Source: Marsupella aquatica (Eukaryota > Plantae > Marchantiophyta). Taken from it: a stretch of 64,000 bases of DNA. Shown in pieces: positions 1 through 12,190 of this stretch. Every line of letters starts with the position of its first letter. Within the stretch, counting starts at the first letter, position 1. Under the pieces are notes generated by a model. It was not told where the DNA came from. It searched no databases and saw only the letters and a program-made list of their open reading frames with translations. The stretch covers positions 14,197,375 to 14,261,374 of the forward strand of contig OZ316897.1 of NCBI GenBank assembly GCA_973895155.1. The letters run 5' to 3'. A program made the position numbers and the translations under genes.

Positions 1-1978
1 GACTACAAATGCATGTATATATTACAACTGAATATAGTAACCAAGATGCTTTGATTGATGAGAACTTGCAACAATTACATAGACTACTTACTAGCACTTC
101 TTAATAAGAGCACACTACAATCACATAGAGTGACTTACAAACACTTATCTGTTTCCAAAGGGTATGTGTGTGGGTTTAGGGTAGAGGGACTTCAGTGTGG
201 GACCTGAAACCAGATTCAATGAGGTTTACACAAGAGAATGTGAAGCATGTCTATTGATTCACTGCTGCCTTTGAATCTGTCACAGTCAAAAACATGCACT
301 TATTCCAGAATATCATGTTTCACTTCTTTCAAACTGCAGTTCAATCAGAATTCAGTTATCTCATATAAATGGATGAATGATGCATGTATATGTGAGCACA
401 TAACCTGAAGTACATAATCAAAAGTTCTTGCACTTATACCGTAGTGCATGCTGTGGATAAGTGCTGGCTGAGGGTGTCTTCTGGGAGCCTGCACTTTGAC
501 ACGGTAGTACAATCCTCTTGTCCAATATTGTAAGTTACACTTACACAAGTTAGAGTTTCTTCTTTCACAATAAAAGAATTGAGCCTGCACTATGATGCTT
601 GGATGTACTACAACTTTTGATCTCAAGACTTAGGACCTGAGATTGGATCAAGCATTTGGTGGCACCAGAAAGGTAAGCATTTATACAAAGAAAGGTGTTA
701 ACTCAATAGAAAGTAATGTTTCAAAGCAGGCCACGCGGGTTGCAATGGAATATGTAAGCATGCTGTCAAACATTATAGCTACATGGGAGATTCACTTTCA
801 AGGAACTGGTGCACCAAGAGAGATAAGCTCAATACGAGCAGAACCCAAGCGACCCATGAGCAACCCAAGTGACCAGAATTAGCAGTGACCCATAGACTAA
901 AGGTGAGAACCAGATAGCACCCTAGTTTTTGTCCAAAAAACCAAGCCTGAACACCTGTGTGTTCGCAAAGGAAGGGTCTGCTCTTGGATAAATGAATGAA
1001 TTATCAATGTCTTCTTGTACACTCACCAGCGAGTTGAACATAGTTGCTACTATAAACCCATTGGAATGCCAAACACTCTATCCTTGGCATACAAGTGGAA
1101 ATGTGGTGAAATAACTGAGTCGTGATGGTTAAAAATGCTATTACCCTAAGAGAGCATTGTGACTAAAATATGAAACTGAGATGTGTTAGCTTGCCATGGA
1201 TTAAGCAAAAATCGCTGGTTTGTCATTATGTATGGTTTAATTATAAAAAAAAGTAATGGTTTTAACCCTTTAAATTGCGTGAAATCTGCACTAACAAAAC
1301 ATGTTTGCCCACTCTTACATTCAACCATGTCTGCACAGGACAGATAATGGGGGCACTTGGGGACGAGTTTTGGGGGGTCACATTGGTTGGGGTTGGTACG
1401 GTGGTACCCTATCTTGATTTTGATTGAGAAGTTATACTCTGTCCTACTCTAATTCAAATCGAATTAAATGTGAAGACGACCACTCCATCCCTCATGGCCA
1501 ATCCCAAAGTCGGTTTGCATGAAAGAGCTCTCTTGTTATTTGAGAAATAAAATGTCGTGTCAGACATGCACACGAGGCCTTGCGTAATTGATGAATTTGT
1601 GTGGATCCCAAGCTTGTTTTTATAGTACTCCAATGGGATTTCATTTTATGGTTACTCATGAGGATGCAATGTCCTATCCTCTTACAGTCCTTGACGTAGT
1701 AAGATACAGGTAGATTGTTTAACTTGATAATGAGGAGATTTTCGTGAATGAGGAAAAGACTGCCATTTCTTAAGGGTGAGTGGCGTTGATCTCAAAGGAG
1801 TGGAGACATTACAAAATATGCTAGGATATGGCGTATTGGTGTTAATTTGTCTTCCATTTACCATCAGTGCTCTAGCAGACATTGAGTTCACGTAAGATAT
1901 GTACTGTCGCCACTGATCTAAACAGGATAATTGTGCAAAAACATTCGTCTTACTGCATAAGAAATAGGTGCATCCTGG

Positions 1979-2140
1979 TAAGGACTGTCAACTGAGGATA
2001 CCTTTCATTCAACAGCGGCTATAAACAAGTGATCAGGACTCTCAACCAATAATGCATTTCATTCAACAGAAGCGATAAGCAACGCATAAGGGCTGTCAAC
2101 TTAGAATGCACTTCATTCAAAAAAAGCTAGAAACAAACGA
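1979..2140. repeat. Three degenerate ~54-bp tandem repeats
   Basis: Units start at ~1979, ~2033 and ~2087 and share 'aggactgtcaac...ttcattcaa...aaacaa'. Confidence 0.75.
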
Positions 2141-2704
2141 TGAACGAATTGGAACACTTCACAGACACTGCAAAACATAAAACTATCATTCTGCTGGAGC
2201 TGAAAACATTGCATCAATTTAGCGCTCTGCCCATATGATAATGTCAGAGAAGGAATGGCAGATTCAATTCAGAAAACCAAACAGAAAGAGCACGATGATG
2301 ATTATGTCCATGCCTATCTACACTACTATTACAATCCTGGGCTTTCTCAACGTTACAACGGGAAAGAAAGAATCTCTACCTACCAAAACAGCTTATTCTA
2401 TGTTTTCATCTGTGTCATGGGTACATGTGGAAATGGTGATTTCCCAAAAGATCTTCCTTCGTCAAAGAACATCTTACTCTAAGGTCTCATGCGTCCTAAA
2501 TAAAAAATGAAACGAGGGATGAATTGGAAGGAATTTGAATAATTTCCTCAGCCTGTGGACCCTGGCAAAAATATGTGAGACCCAAGACCCTTTGCTATTA
2601 GGGGCCAACTCTTAATTGCACAAAGCCTGTACAGGTTATTTACACAAGACTCATTAAGCTCTTTCAGAACCCACAAAACCCTTAATTTGCTTGCAAAAGA
2701 AACC

Positions 2705-4041
2705 TCAGTGCCTTTGCTTAACAGCAGCTTGTGATTGGCTTGCCTCCTTTGCTTGTGCAATTGCTTTTGCAAAGCTTACGGGTTCTTGTCGGCCCTCCAC
2801 ATTGGCTGTCAGTTGGGAGATAGCTGAATGTGATGAAGCTGATGTGGCATGATAAGTAGATACTGCCAATTGTGCAAATGCAGGCAATGCACCTCCTGCA
2901 CATTCCAAGACAGGCATTGTCATCCCCACTACTCTAATTGACAAACGAACACAGCTGAAATCGTAAAATGGGGCCGAACAAAATCGACATAGTACTGAAG
3001 GGCAACTAGAGGCCGAAAGCTTACCAGCTAAACCTGCACAGGCCACCGAGAAGACTATAACAGGAGGTACCTGCACGCCACAAACAAAAAATTCCAGTAT
3101 GGAACCTAGAATTGACACTGACAATTGCAAGTACTTGACATTGTTCCAATGACAGGAAGCAGAGTAACCATTGTCGATCAAGAGATATAAACGCAAACCT
3201 TACCCCAGCAAGAAACTGAAGCGAGAGAGGTCCTTTCACATACTTGTGAACAGTTGGCATTACTGCACATATCAATAACGGAGAAAATCATTAATTCCAA
3301 CTACATGAAAGATCTGAAAGCAAACTTAACTCGACCTAGGAGGCGTGCGGAGTTTACCACTATTGAAACCATAAAAGGCACCCACACTTCCTCCTACGGC
3401 AGTGCCGACCTGGCGTAAAACAACCAAAGTAAGAAAACCTCGGTGGCATAAAGACAGCTTAACAGACACGGACAATTCATGAAAGTCCACAGGTTTCCTT
3501 CGATGCAGATTCCGCATTCTATCTTCAGCAGCACACATCTGAGATTTCTAGAATTTACTAAGGTTTCATATGATTAACAAAGCCAACATGCAGAAGTCAA
3601 TTGAACAAGGTTCCCTTTAAAACATCCAACTGCTTCAAGTTTTAGGGTTTAGTCAGGAAGAGGAGCAGGACAAGAGCAGTCATCATACCACTGCGAAGCT
3701 TTCTCTCAAGAATGGCGCAATTGTCCAGCCAGTTGCTTCCTGCACGATAGGTCTCGAAATTAGGATGACAAAGGGAGCCAATTCCACATCTCGCAACATA
3801 CGCCGAACTAGCCATCAAATTGATGACATTCAACGATGACGCCTTCAAGAAAAAGCCAATTCAGTTGGGTTTTAGAAATTCTGCCATGCAGGGTTTGGAG
3901 AAAATCCAGGACCGAAGGAGAGGACGGCCTCACCAGATCTTTGGAAAGCGGAGCAGCACAGCGAGGACAGCGAGGTCTGCCCAATCCAGGATTCATAGTT
4001 GGTGCATGATAAACCGGAGACGAATCACCCTTCGTCGCCAT
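2705..4041 (-). CDS. Uncharacterised conserved plant small membrane protein (CxxC motif plus Gly-rich hydrophobic helices), 6 exons
   Basis: ATG at 4041, TGA at 2705. GT-AG exons join in frame: 3934-4041 (..MNPGLGRPRCPRCAAPLSKDL), 3689-3739 (EATGWTIAPFLRESFAV), 3358-3409 (VGTAVGGSVGAFYGFNS), ~3202-3262 (VMPTVHKYVKGPLSLQFLAG), ~3025-3070 (VPPVIVFSVACAGLAG), 2705-~2895 (GALPAFAQLAVSTYHA..). Resembles a family of plant hypothetical proteins as recalled from memory. Confidence 0.8.
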
Positions 4042-4286
4042 TGCCGATCGCTTCTAGGTTCTTCCACTCCTTCGAGGGTATGCCCCAAATCTCTCCGACC
4101 CACAACTTTTCCCAAACGAATCCCGTCTCTTTGTCAAACCGCAGCGACTGTCACGGCCGATTTCTCCACCTCGCTCCCCCAACATTGCCTTTCCAAGTGT
4201 ACACCTCGCCTCCCCGGATTTCTGGATGTTTCTCTGTACAAAACGTTGATTATAAACATGTCTAATAGAGTTCGGGGAACATCCAA

Positions 4287-4359
4287 GACCGTATGGCCCA
4301 ATGGATAAGGCGCCAGCCTACGGAGCTGGAGATTCTGGGTTCGATCCCCAGTATGGTCG
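4287..4359 (+). tRNA. tRNA-Arg (anticodon ACG)
   Basis: Full cloverleaf: acceptor GACCGTA/TATGGTC, D-arm TGGCCCAATGGATAAGGCG, anticodon stem CCAGC/GCTGG with loop CTACGGA (ACG at 4320-4322), T-arm CTGGG-TTCGATC-CCCAG. TATAAA at 4251, CAA immediately upstream, TTTT terminator at 4360-4363. Confidence 0.96.
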
Positions 4360-4415
4360 TTTTGCATGTAATGCAACATACTTCTGGGAAGGGGCCAGGG
4401 CTTAGGGCCGTCTTG

Positions 4416-4517
4416 CAGTGATCGGGTGCCACCTTTGGAAAGGGAGAGTTTACTGCCTCAAACCCCAGTGATCGGGTGGCACCTTTGGAACGAGGGAGAG
4501 TTTCCTGCCTCACCCCC
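4416..4517. repeat. Tandem duplication, 2 x ~50 bp
   Basis: cagtgatcgggtg(c/g)cacctttggaa..agggagagttt.ctgcctca..cccc occurs twice in a row. Confidence 0.85.
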
Positions 4518-7500
4518 TTCCTGAGGCCAGTAGTGCACTGTTTGAGAAGTCCACATTTCTAGACTTTGCATTTAGTGTATGTGTAAGACGCAAGGGGTTT
4601 AGGGTTTAGACATTTCTAGACTTTGCACTTTAGACAAGTCTATGTGCTGCTAGAGTGCCTTGACCTTCAATCATTCTTATGAGATATGAATAGTTCTTCT
4701 TGCTCCAAAGAGTGCCTCTACCTTATGTCATTCCTATTAGATGTGCAAGATGTTAATATGATTAATTTGACACATTAGTCTTGTGGGTGAGCTATCAAAG
4801 ATGTGTAAGTACTTGCACCCCACTATGACATTGATCTGCCAATTCCTGAGCTTCGGAGGGTTCCACCAGACCTTAAATCCATCAGTCTGTACATCCATTG
4901 TCACGGGAAAAAACATTGGTTCACACGGAACAGTCATTGTATTGTTTCTCTTGAACATCATGCTTCAAGCTAGTGGATAGCAGATTAGAACTTGCGCATA
5001 ATTAACAAGCAACTTGCATTCTGTCTGCACTAAACCTGAATCTAGTGCACAAAAGCATTCTTTTCACTTGGCCCTGCTAGACTAAACTATTGAATACTAG
5101 CCCAAATACCCATGTGCATGCACACAAACAGCTCTCTCTACCCAGACTCACATGCTGTCCCTAATCACAAGCATACTCTATATATCAATTTTTTTGGGTC
5201 ATCAAATAAATTATGGTTTCACTCTAAGGAGTAAGTATGATAACTTTGATTGGAATTATAATAGAGATAGATAGATACATGTTGTTCTACTGCATGGGTT
5301 GGTCTTATATAGTTCTCACTTTCACCCACTCCATTTCATTTATTACAGGATTCTCATCTCAGGCAAACTAAGGGAACATAGGGCTCATAACGCCAAGCAG
5401 ACGGGCAAGCCAGCGCAATGAAGCATCCAGCTAATATAGCTAGAAAACAACAAAGTATCTCCCTGAGTAGCTCTCTCAAAATCCCAGTCTGGCTTCATTT
5501 TGTTCTGCCTCCAACTATGCTTAGAGCCTATTACTCATAAAGTCCTGTTGGTTCAGTAAGGTACCCAAAGATTGAATGCCCGATAGCATGCTACTTGTTA
5601 ACTTTGTTTGTGTTTCCAAACATGATCCTATATCTCTCTAGGCTACTTCCTACTTTCTAAACATTGGACTCTATTCACTCATTGGAGTTCTCTAGTAGAT
5701 CAACACTCCTTTTAATTAGCCAAACCCTAACATTTGTATCCCCTTCCTCTTATTGTCTTTACCTTCGACTACCATCATCACAGATGAACAAGCGCAAGTG
5801 GGGTCAAGGAGTCTCCCAGGCTTTGAGGACAACCTAAATTTAGTCAACATGTGGCGTGCCTGAGTTGTTTGCTCTTCTTCTTCAAGTGACAAGTGTCAAG
5901 CAGAGATTTCAGATTGGTTTCTGTTTGGCGTAGAACAAACCATCCACATAGTCTCCCAAGCTTGCTCCCAAGAAATTGGGTGTACACAGCCTTAATCCTC
6001 TCATTTTCAGACGTTGGGACAGGTCTCCATTGGCAACACCAACGGCTTTGGTATCCTCTTGTGCTTTTGATCGCGAGAGTGTCTGATAGCTTTGTAAAGC
6101 AATCTTTGTTGTATCTTCATGATTGGGGTCTAAGGTTGCATGAGTCTTCGCACCTTTCTCCATCTCTTGGTGACTGTACTACAGTTAAAGAAGATGTGTA
6201 TAGTGTGCTCACACTGGTGGTTACACATGATTCAAAGGCTATCACAATCACCTTGGTGGGTCACTCTGCCGTTTGTGACAAGGTTTGTGAAGATACAACT
6301 TATTCTTCAGCAATTGCCAAATAAAAGAACCCACGGTAGTGAAAACCCATCCACCCCATCGTTTCTTCCACTTTTGTTTCACTCGGTCTAGCCACGGTTC
6401 ACTCATCTCTAATCCCACTGCCAGCCTTCATTGTTGTGGAGTGCATCCTCAGTGAAACCAAAAATATGCCTTGATTTGTTATAGAAGGTTGTGAACTTTA
6501 CCTGTCCAATCAATCTAGTGCTCCTAAGACATGAGTGACATAATTATCTATCTCCATTTCAGGTCTCCAGCCTCCCTGTAGTGTCCTAAGATAGCAAGTT
6601 TCTCTATCCTCAAGTGTGAATCTCTAACTATTGTGCTATATTGTACTTACCAGCCTCCTCCTCTCTTATCACCTTCCTAACACAAGTCTGATTAAATAAA
6701 TTCTTCTTGATTTGGAAAAGTGGGACAAAGCCCCAGGCCCTTAGTACCAGGCAAGGGAGTGAGAGCTACCCAAGCACACAAACTCCAAGGTGCAGTTTTG
6801 CACATGAGGAAGGGCAAGTCAGCCCCCCCAAACCCACAAACACCTAACTTGAGTGAGCACTAAATAACAGTTTTGATAGGAAAAATTGTGATCTATTCAT
6901 GCTTGTATCATATGTTTGTCTCAATTTTGTATTTTGTCCAAACCCTGAACTATGAGCATCACATCAACATTCCCACATCTACTGTTGTCACAAATTAACC
7001 ACCAGCTTTACAAGTGTGCCCTTTAGTTGGAAGGTAAAATATATAAGATTTTATAGAAACTCTATATTCTTTTATAATTGAATGATGTCATACACTAGGG
7101 ACCTGCATATTAATTTTGTTTGTCAGCCACCATTTTGCCTTGGGGATGGAAGGAAGGATGGAAGGAAATGAATTTAAAGGACCCTAATGTTCTACACAAA
7201 CATTTTTAAGTTATCCCTCATGACCAAATATAAACAACCCTAAGTTTTGTTGTAAGTGATGTGCTATTCATAGTAAGTGACGCACTTGGGAAATTTAGCT
7301 GGAGGCTTTCACATATCACACTACCAAAGCAGTACCATACACTGCAGGAGCTTTGCTTAGGGGGCTAAGGTGGCCTACTTGTAAGGGTGGGGGATTTACA
7401 AGAACCACTTTTCCCACAACAAAATGAGTGGGTCAATTCAAGCCTTTCACAAGGGGGTCTCCTAGAAAGGTATTCTGGACAAAAGCACTATTTACACATC

Positions 7501-7779
7501 TTGTGATTTATTTAAGATTTGCAATCATCAAAGTTATAAGCCCCAAACTCACATGGACCTCCAAAATGTGGTACACCATAGCGCTGTGTCCGCACTATGT
7601 CCAACATGGAGGTCAATCGGGCTTCACTTTCAGTGTCTCCTAGTACTCGGCTTCACTTCCAGTATCTCCTAGTACTAATGTATTATGGGCAAAAGCACTA
7701 TTTACACTTATTGTCATTCTTTTCTCTGCAGTGTCTTCCACCATTAAGGTATTATGGACACTCTTTTACACATTTTTTC

Positions 7780-8220
7780 TTAAACCACACCTGCCTTTAT
7801 AAAGGGCTATGGGTAACCCGTAGCTCTCATTCTAAAAAGTACAAGTTTAAAAATGGGCTTTGAACTCCACAAAAAGTGTTGATTGCAAAACTTTATTTTG
7901 ACAAATACTACACAAAAGGTGAGAGTGTTCCACCTTTTATGGTGAGTAGTGAGACGTGGAATGAGGCTTTTATAGTGGCAGGTGTGATTCAAATATTTAC
8001 CCAAACTGTTTAAGGTGTCTCCAGGTGAGAGTGTTACACCTTTTATGGTGAGTAGTAGTGAGACATTAACACTCTTTTATGGTGAGTAGTAGTGAGACAT
8101 GGAATGAGGCTTTTATAGTGGCAGGTGTGATTCAAATATTTACCCATACCATTTTACTGTTTAAGGTGTTTAAGGTGTCTCCGAGCACCATACCATTTTA
8201 CTGTTTAAGGTGTCTCCGAG
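7780..8220. repeat. Cluster of direct and inverted repeats, probably a DNA-transposon subterminal region
   Basis: An ~87-bp unit (aggtgagagtgtt..ggcaggtgtgattcaaatatttaccca) occurs at 7917 and 8023, with a partial inverted copy (accacacctgcctttataa) at ~7784. 'ctgtttaaggtgtctcc' is also repeated. Confidence 0.6.
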
Positions 8221-8673
8221 ACGTGCTGTAGTTGAAACAAAATCGTGATTTAAACAGGTATGTGGGACAACATTATTATCAATCATCTTTTCATGTAGCA
8301 CAAGGTATTCGGGACAAAATCATTTCCTAAAAATCTTGTGAAGCAACACAGCTCCAAGGAAATGACCCCATTTTGTCCGCTAACGACAATAGTAATTTTG
8401 GCATGTCCTCAAATTATCAAGAACGTCGGTAATCTAAGTGTACGCTGGAACATTAGAAGGCTACACTCGCTGGAACACGAGGAAGCAAAGTGTACAGTAG
8501 CTCGTTCTGATTAGGTCGCCGACGAACGCTGATGACAGAAGCCGTTATGAATAGGTCGAACCCTGATGACAGAAACCGGATTTGCCGGCCGGAACGTTGA
8601 ATTCTGACGGTCATAAAGCGAAGCATGCAATTGGGGCACCTCTGCCGACTCCGGAATTTCGAACGAAAACTCT

Positions 8674-8764
8674 ACCGTGTTTTCGTGGGTGATACTGAAA
8701 TAGAAATAGGGTTTAGAGCACCGTGTTTCGTGGGTGATACTGAAATAGAAATAGGGTTTAGAGC
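8674..8764. repeat. Near-perfect tandem duplication, 2 x ~46 bp, each copy with a telo-box (TAGGGTTT)
   Basis: accgtgttt(t)cgtgggtgatactgaaatagaaatagggtttagagc twice. Confidence 0.9.
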
Positions 8765-9261
8765 GATGGTACTTTTCGACAGTTGGATGTGCGCGAGTTT
8801 GACTAGCGAGAAGAAACAAATTTAAAAAAACCGTCAGTCGATAGTCGCGGAGCGCACCGAAGAATCTCTTTCGGGGTGGCGTACCTGGGCAATGAGACTA
8901 CGATGATGCAACAGCCACAATGGGTACGTAGTCCCAAGTGTTTTACCACACATGACGATTTGAGCATTCGAAATGCAATACAGAAGAATCGGCTCGAAAA
9001 AGATTGCTCCGGCAGAGGGAAGGGAGAGTTTCGACAGTTTTTGAAATGCTGGAACTCAGATCTGCCCGATATACAACTTCCAACCAAGGAACAATCAATC
9101 GAAATACGTATGGACGTTACAAATCCCGAAATGGGGGCGAGGAATATGTCGTGCTTCGATCTTAATTCAGTTCGGGAAAATACATCTCAACGTTCGCAAC
9201 TCAATGGTTGTCAAAAGATCGCACTCTAACTAATCGAAAGTTCTACTTCTAGGCTCGCCTA

Positions 9262-11223
9262 CTAGTCGACCTCTTCAATCTTGGGACCAGCACCTCCAGA
9301 TCCAGAGGGCACATCATCATCAGCACCGCCGTATGATGGAGGAACACCACCAGCACCGCCTGCTCCGCCTTGATACATCTTCGCGATGATCGGATTGCAA
9401 GTGCTTTCCAACTCCTTCATCTTATCGTCGAATTCGTCCGACTCGGCAAGCTGGTTGTTATCAAGCCAGGCAATGGCAGCCTCGACTGCGTCCTCAATCT
9501 TCTTCTTGTCAGCAGGGTCTAAGCTACTAGCAATCTTCTCATCTCTGACAGTATTCCTCATGTTATACGCGTAATTCTCTAAGCTATTCTTCGACTCAAC
9601 CTTCTTCTGGTGATCCTCATCTTCGGACTTGTACTTCTCAGCATCTTGAACCATCTTCTCGATCTCCTCCTTACTTAATCTACCCTTATCATTGGTGATG
9701 GTAATCTTATTCTTCTGACCAGTGGTCTTGTCCTCAGCAGAAACGTTGAGGATACCATTGGCATCGATATCGAAGCAAACTGTGATCTGAGGAACACCGC
9801 GAGGGGCAGGTGGAATCCCTGAAAGCTCGAACTTTCCGAGGAGATTGTTGTCCCTCGTCCTCGTTCGCTCACCCTCGTAGACTTGAATCAACACACCAGG
9901 TTGGTTATCGGAATAAGTAGAAAATACTTGCTCCTTCTTCGTCGGGATGGTCGTATTTCTCGGGATGAGGACGGTCATGACACCGCCAGCGGTTTCCAGT
10001 CCCAAACTCAGAGGAGTAACATCGAGCAACAGCAAATCTTGAACCTTCTCGTTGCCCTCACCACTCAAGATGGCCGCCTGTACAGCGGCACCGTAGGCAA
10101 CAGCTTCATCCGGATTGATGCTCTTACACAATTCCTTCCCGTTGAAGAAATCCTGCAGAAGTTGTTGTACCTTCGGGATACGGGTAGATCCTCCAACAAG
10201 GACCACGTCATGAATGGAGCTTTTGTCCATCTTCGCATCTCGCAGACACTTCTCTACAGGGTCCATACACTTCCTAAACATATCCATATTCAACTCTTCA
10301 AATCTAGCACGAGTAATGGTGGAGTAGAAGTCTACTCCCTCGTATAAAGAATCGATTTCAATAGTAGTCTGTGCAGTCGATGACAAAGTACGTTTCGCTC
10401 TCTCGGCGGCAGTTCTCAACCGACGAAGGGCTCTAGGGTTGCTACTGATGTCTTTCTTATACTTCCTCTTAAATTCTTGTACAAAATGATTCACTAAACG
10501 ATTGTCAAAATCCTCCCCTCCCAAATGAGTATCTCCAGCGGTAGCCTTAACTTCGAAAATACCTTCTTCAATAGTCAAGAGTGAGACATCAAAGGTTCCA
10601 CCGCCCAGATCGAAGATCAAAACGTTCTTCTCCCCTACGCTCGTTGCTTTCTTATCCAGCCCGTAAGCGATGGCAGCGGCAGTTGGCTCGTTGATGATAC
10701 GAAGAACGTTGAGTCCGGCAATCACACCAGCATCCTTCGTTGCCTGCCTCTGCGAATCGTTGAAGTAAGCCGGCACGGTGACGACTGCATTCTTGATGGT
10801 GGATCCGAGATAGGCCTCAGCGATCTCCTTCATTTTGATGAGAACCATGGACGAAATCTCCTCCGCTGCGAACGTCTTCTCTTCACCTTTCGACTGCACA
10901 CCGATCATGGGCTTGTCGCCCGGTCCTGGAGTGACCTTGAAGGGCCACAACTTCATGTCATCCTGCACCGACGCATCGCTAAACCTCCTCCCGATCAAAC
11001 GCTTTGCATCAAAAACAGTGTTCGTGGGGTTCATCGCCACCTGGTTCTTCGCCGCATCTCCGATGAGTCGCTCAGTATCGGTGAACGCAACGTACGAAGG
11101 CGTGGTTCGGTTCCCCTGGTCATTGGCAATGATCTCGACACGATCATGCTGCCAAACTCCGACGCAACTGTATGTCGTTCCCAAATCGATGCCGATAGCC
11201 GGCCCTTCACCCTTGCCCGCCAT
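9262..11223 (-). CDS. HSP70: Cytosolic heat shock protein 70, intronless, 653 aa
   Basis: True ATG at 11223 ([22 protein letters not shown]..). HSP70 signatures [12 protein letters not shown] and [14 protein letters not shown], cytosolic C-terminus GPKIEEVD. One uninterrupted ORF. Confidence 0.98.
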   Translation of the reverse strand: MAGKGEGPAIGIDLGTTYSCVGVWQHDRVEIIANDQGNRTTPSYVAFTDTERLIGDAAKNQVAMNPTNTVFDAKRLIGRRFSDASVQDDMKLWPFKVTPGPGDKPMIGVQSKGEEKTFAAEEISSMVLIKMKEIAEAYLGSTIKNAVVTVPAYFNDSQRQATKDAGVIAGLNVLRIINEPTAAAIAYGLDKKATSVGEKNVLIFDLGGGTFDVSLLTIEEGIFEVKATAGDTHLGGEDFDNRLVNHFVQEFKRKYKKDISSNPRALRRLRTAAERAKRTLSSTAQTTIEIDSLYEGVDFYSTITRARFEELNMDMFRKCMDPVEKCLRDAKMDKSSIHDVVLVGGSTRIPKVQQLLQDFFNGKELCKSINPDEAVAYGAAVQAAILSGEGNEKVQDLLLLDVTPLSLGLETAGGVMTVLIPRNTTIPTKKEQVFSTYSDNQPGVLIQVYEGERTRTRDNNLLGKFELSGIPPAPRGVPQITVCFDIDANGILNVSAEDKTTGQKNKITITNDKGRLSKEEIEKMVQDAEKYKSEDEDHQKKVESKNSLENYAYNMRNTVRDEKIASSLDPADKKKIEDAVEAAIAWLDNNQLAESDEFDDKMKELESTCNPIIAKMYQGGAGGAGGVPPSYGGADDDVPSGSGGAGPKIEEVD

Positions 11224-11406
11224 CGCTACCAGCAACCTAAACCCTCTCTCGCTCCGAATCCAAAATCCCTACCCACAAATGTCTGAGAACGCCGAACTAC
11301 CTCAAATCTGCGAACAAATGTGCCCTTCTTGAGGTCTAATGTAGGACCTCTGCTATCGATGAGCTCGCTAACTAGCAATAAGGTCACGGAGCGGCTCGTG
11401 AAGGGC

Positions 11407-11596
11407 TTTATACACTAGACCGTTGGGCGAGCTCTGTATGTTCTCGAACACCGACCTCCGACTAATAAAAGCTTCCCGCCGCGCGCCGCACCGCGCACCG
11501 CACCGCACCCTCACCCTCACCCCCACCCCTCGGCTCAGGCCTCAGGAGGTTCTCGAACCTCCTAGTCACTTCTCGAAGCCCTAGTCACTTCTCGAA
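11407..11596 (-). promoter_or_regulatory. HSP70 promoter: TATA box and four heat-shock element cores
   Basis: TATAAA on the minus strand at 11407-11412. TTCnnGAA (TTCTCGAA) at 11441, 11550, 11570 and 11589. Palindrome AGGAGGTTC-TC-GAACCTCCT at 11544-11563. Confidence 0.85.
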
Positions 11597-11732
11597 GCCC
11601 CGAACCGAAAAACAAATACTGTACTGTACAGTATCATACAGTAGGTTCAAAGCAAACAAGGAATAATATTAAGAAATTAATATTTAATTAAAAAAACTTT
11701 TGCTGCCCTGTGTGTGGGAAAGGTAACTGAAG

Positions 11733-12190
11733 TCCCCCGTGGGCCTACATGGAATGAGCGGCCTAACCCAGATGGACCCGAGAATAGCCTTTGCGTACTC
11801 AGATAGTAGTTTAAAAAAAACTAAAGATACTGGACAAAAGATAAAGCTGCCATTGGACCTAAATGCTTGACTAGAGTAGAGTAACCCAGACCGACTTCAA
11901 ACGAACCCTTGTTTTCTGAGATAGCTTTCTTCCTTTGGAAAAATACTTCTGAGTGTTGAGTCAACAGTAATTGAATCTAAAAACTCCATGGACCTAAATG
12001 TTTGACACTGGCAACCCAGATCGACTTAAACATAACCTCGGTTTACTCAAAAAGCACTTTATTTTTCTTAAATATCTATATTTTCAAGTCAACATAAACG
12101 AAAACTGAAACTCCCCATGTACCTAAATGTTTAACTGTGGTAGTCCAGATGACCTCAGAATATCCTTTGTTTTCGCAGATAGCACTTTTC
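11733..12190. repeat. Four degenerate ~120-135-bp tandem repeats
   Basis: Units at ~11733, ~11851, ~11985 and ~12114 share 'ccatggacctaaatg...acccaga..gac....ccttgtttt...agatagc'. Confidence 0.7.

Noticed and set aside
1349-1392. G-rich potential quadruplex
   Set aside because: Long loops (5-11 nt) and no associated gene or feature.
2255-2482. 75-aa ATG ORF (MADSIQKTKQ..)
   Set aside because: No recognisable family, and it lies antisense in the probable 3' region of the neighbouring gene.
5893-6391. ORFs in the decayed intergenic block
   Set aside because: No RT, integrase or transposase motifs are recognisable, so the TE class cannot be assigned.
11224-11235. ORF-track N-terminal extensions of HSP70 (MLVA) and, similarly, DPE1 (22044)
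   Set aside because: These are TTG starts from the ORF caller. The real eukaryotic ATGs are at 11223 and 22038.
9883-11332. Plus-strand ORFs antisense to HSP70 (154 aa and 165 aa)
   Set aside because: A well-known by-product of HSP70 codon bias. They have non-ATG starts and no independent evidence.
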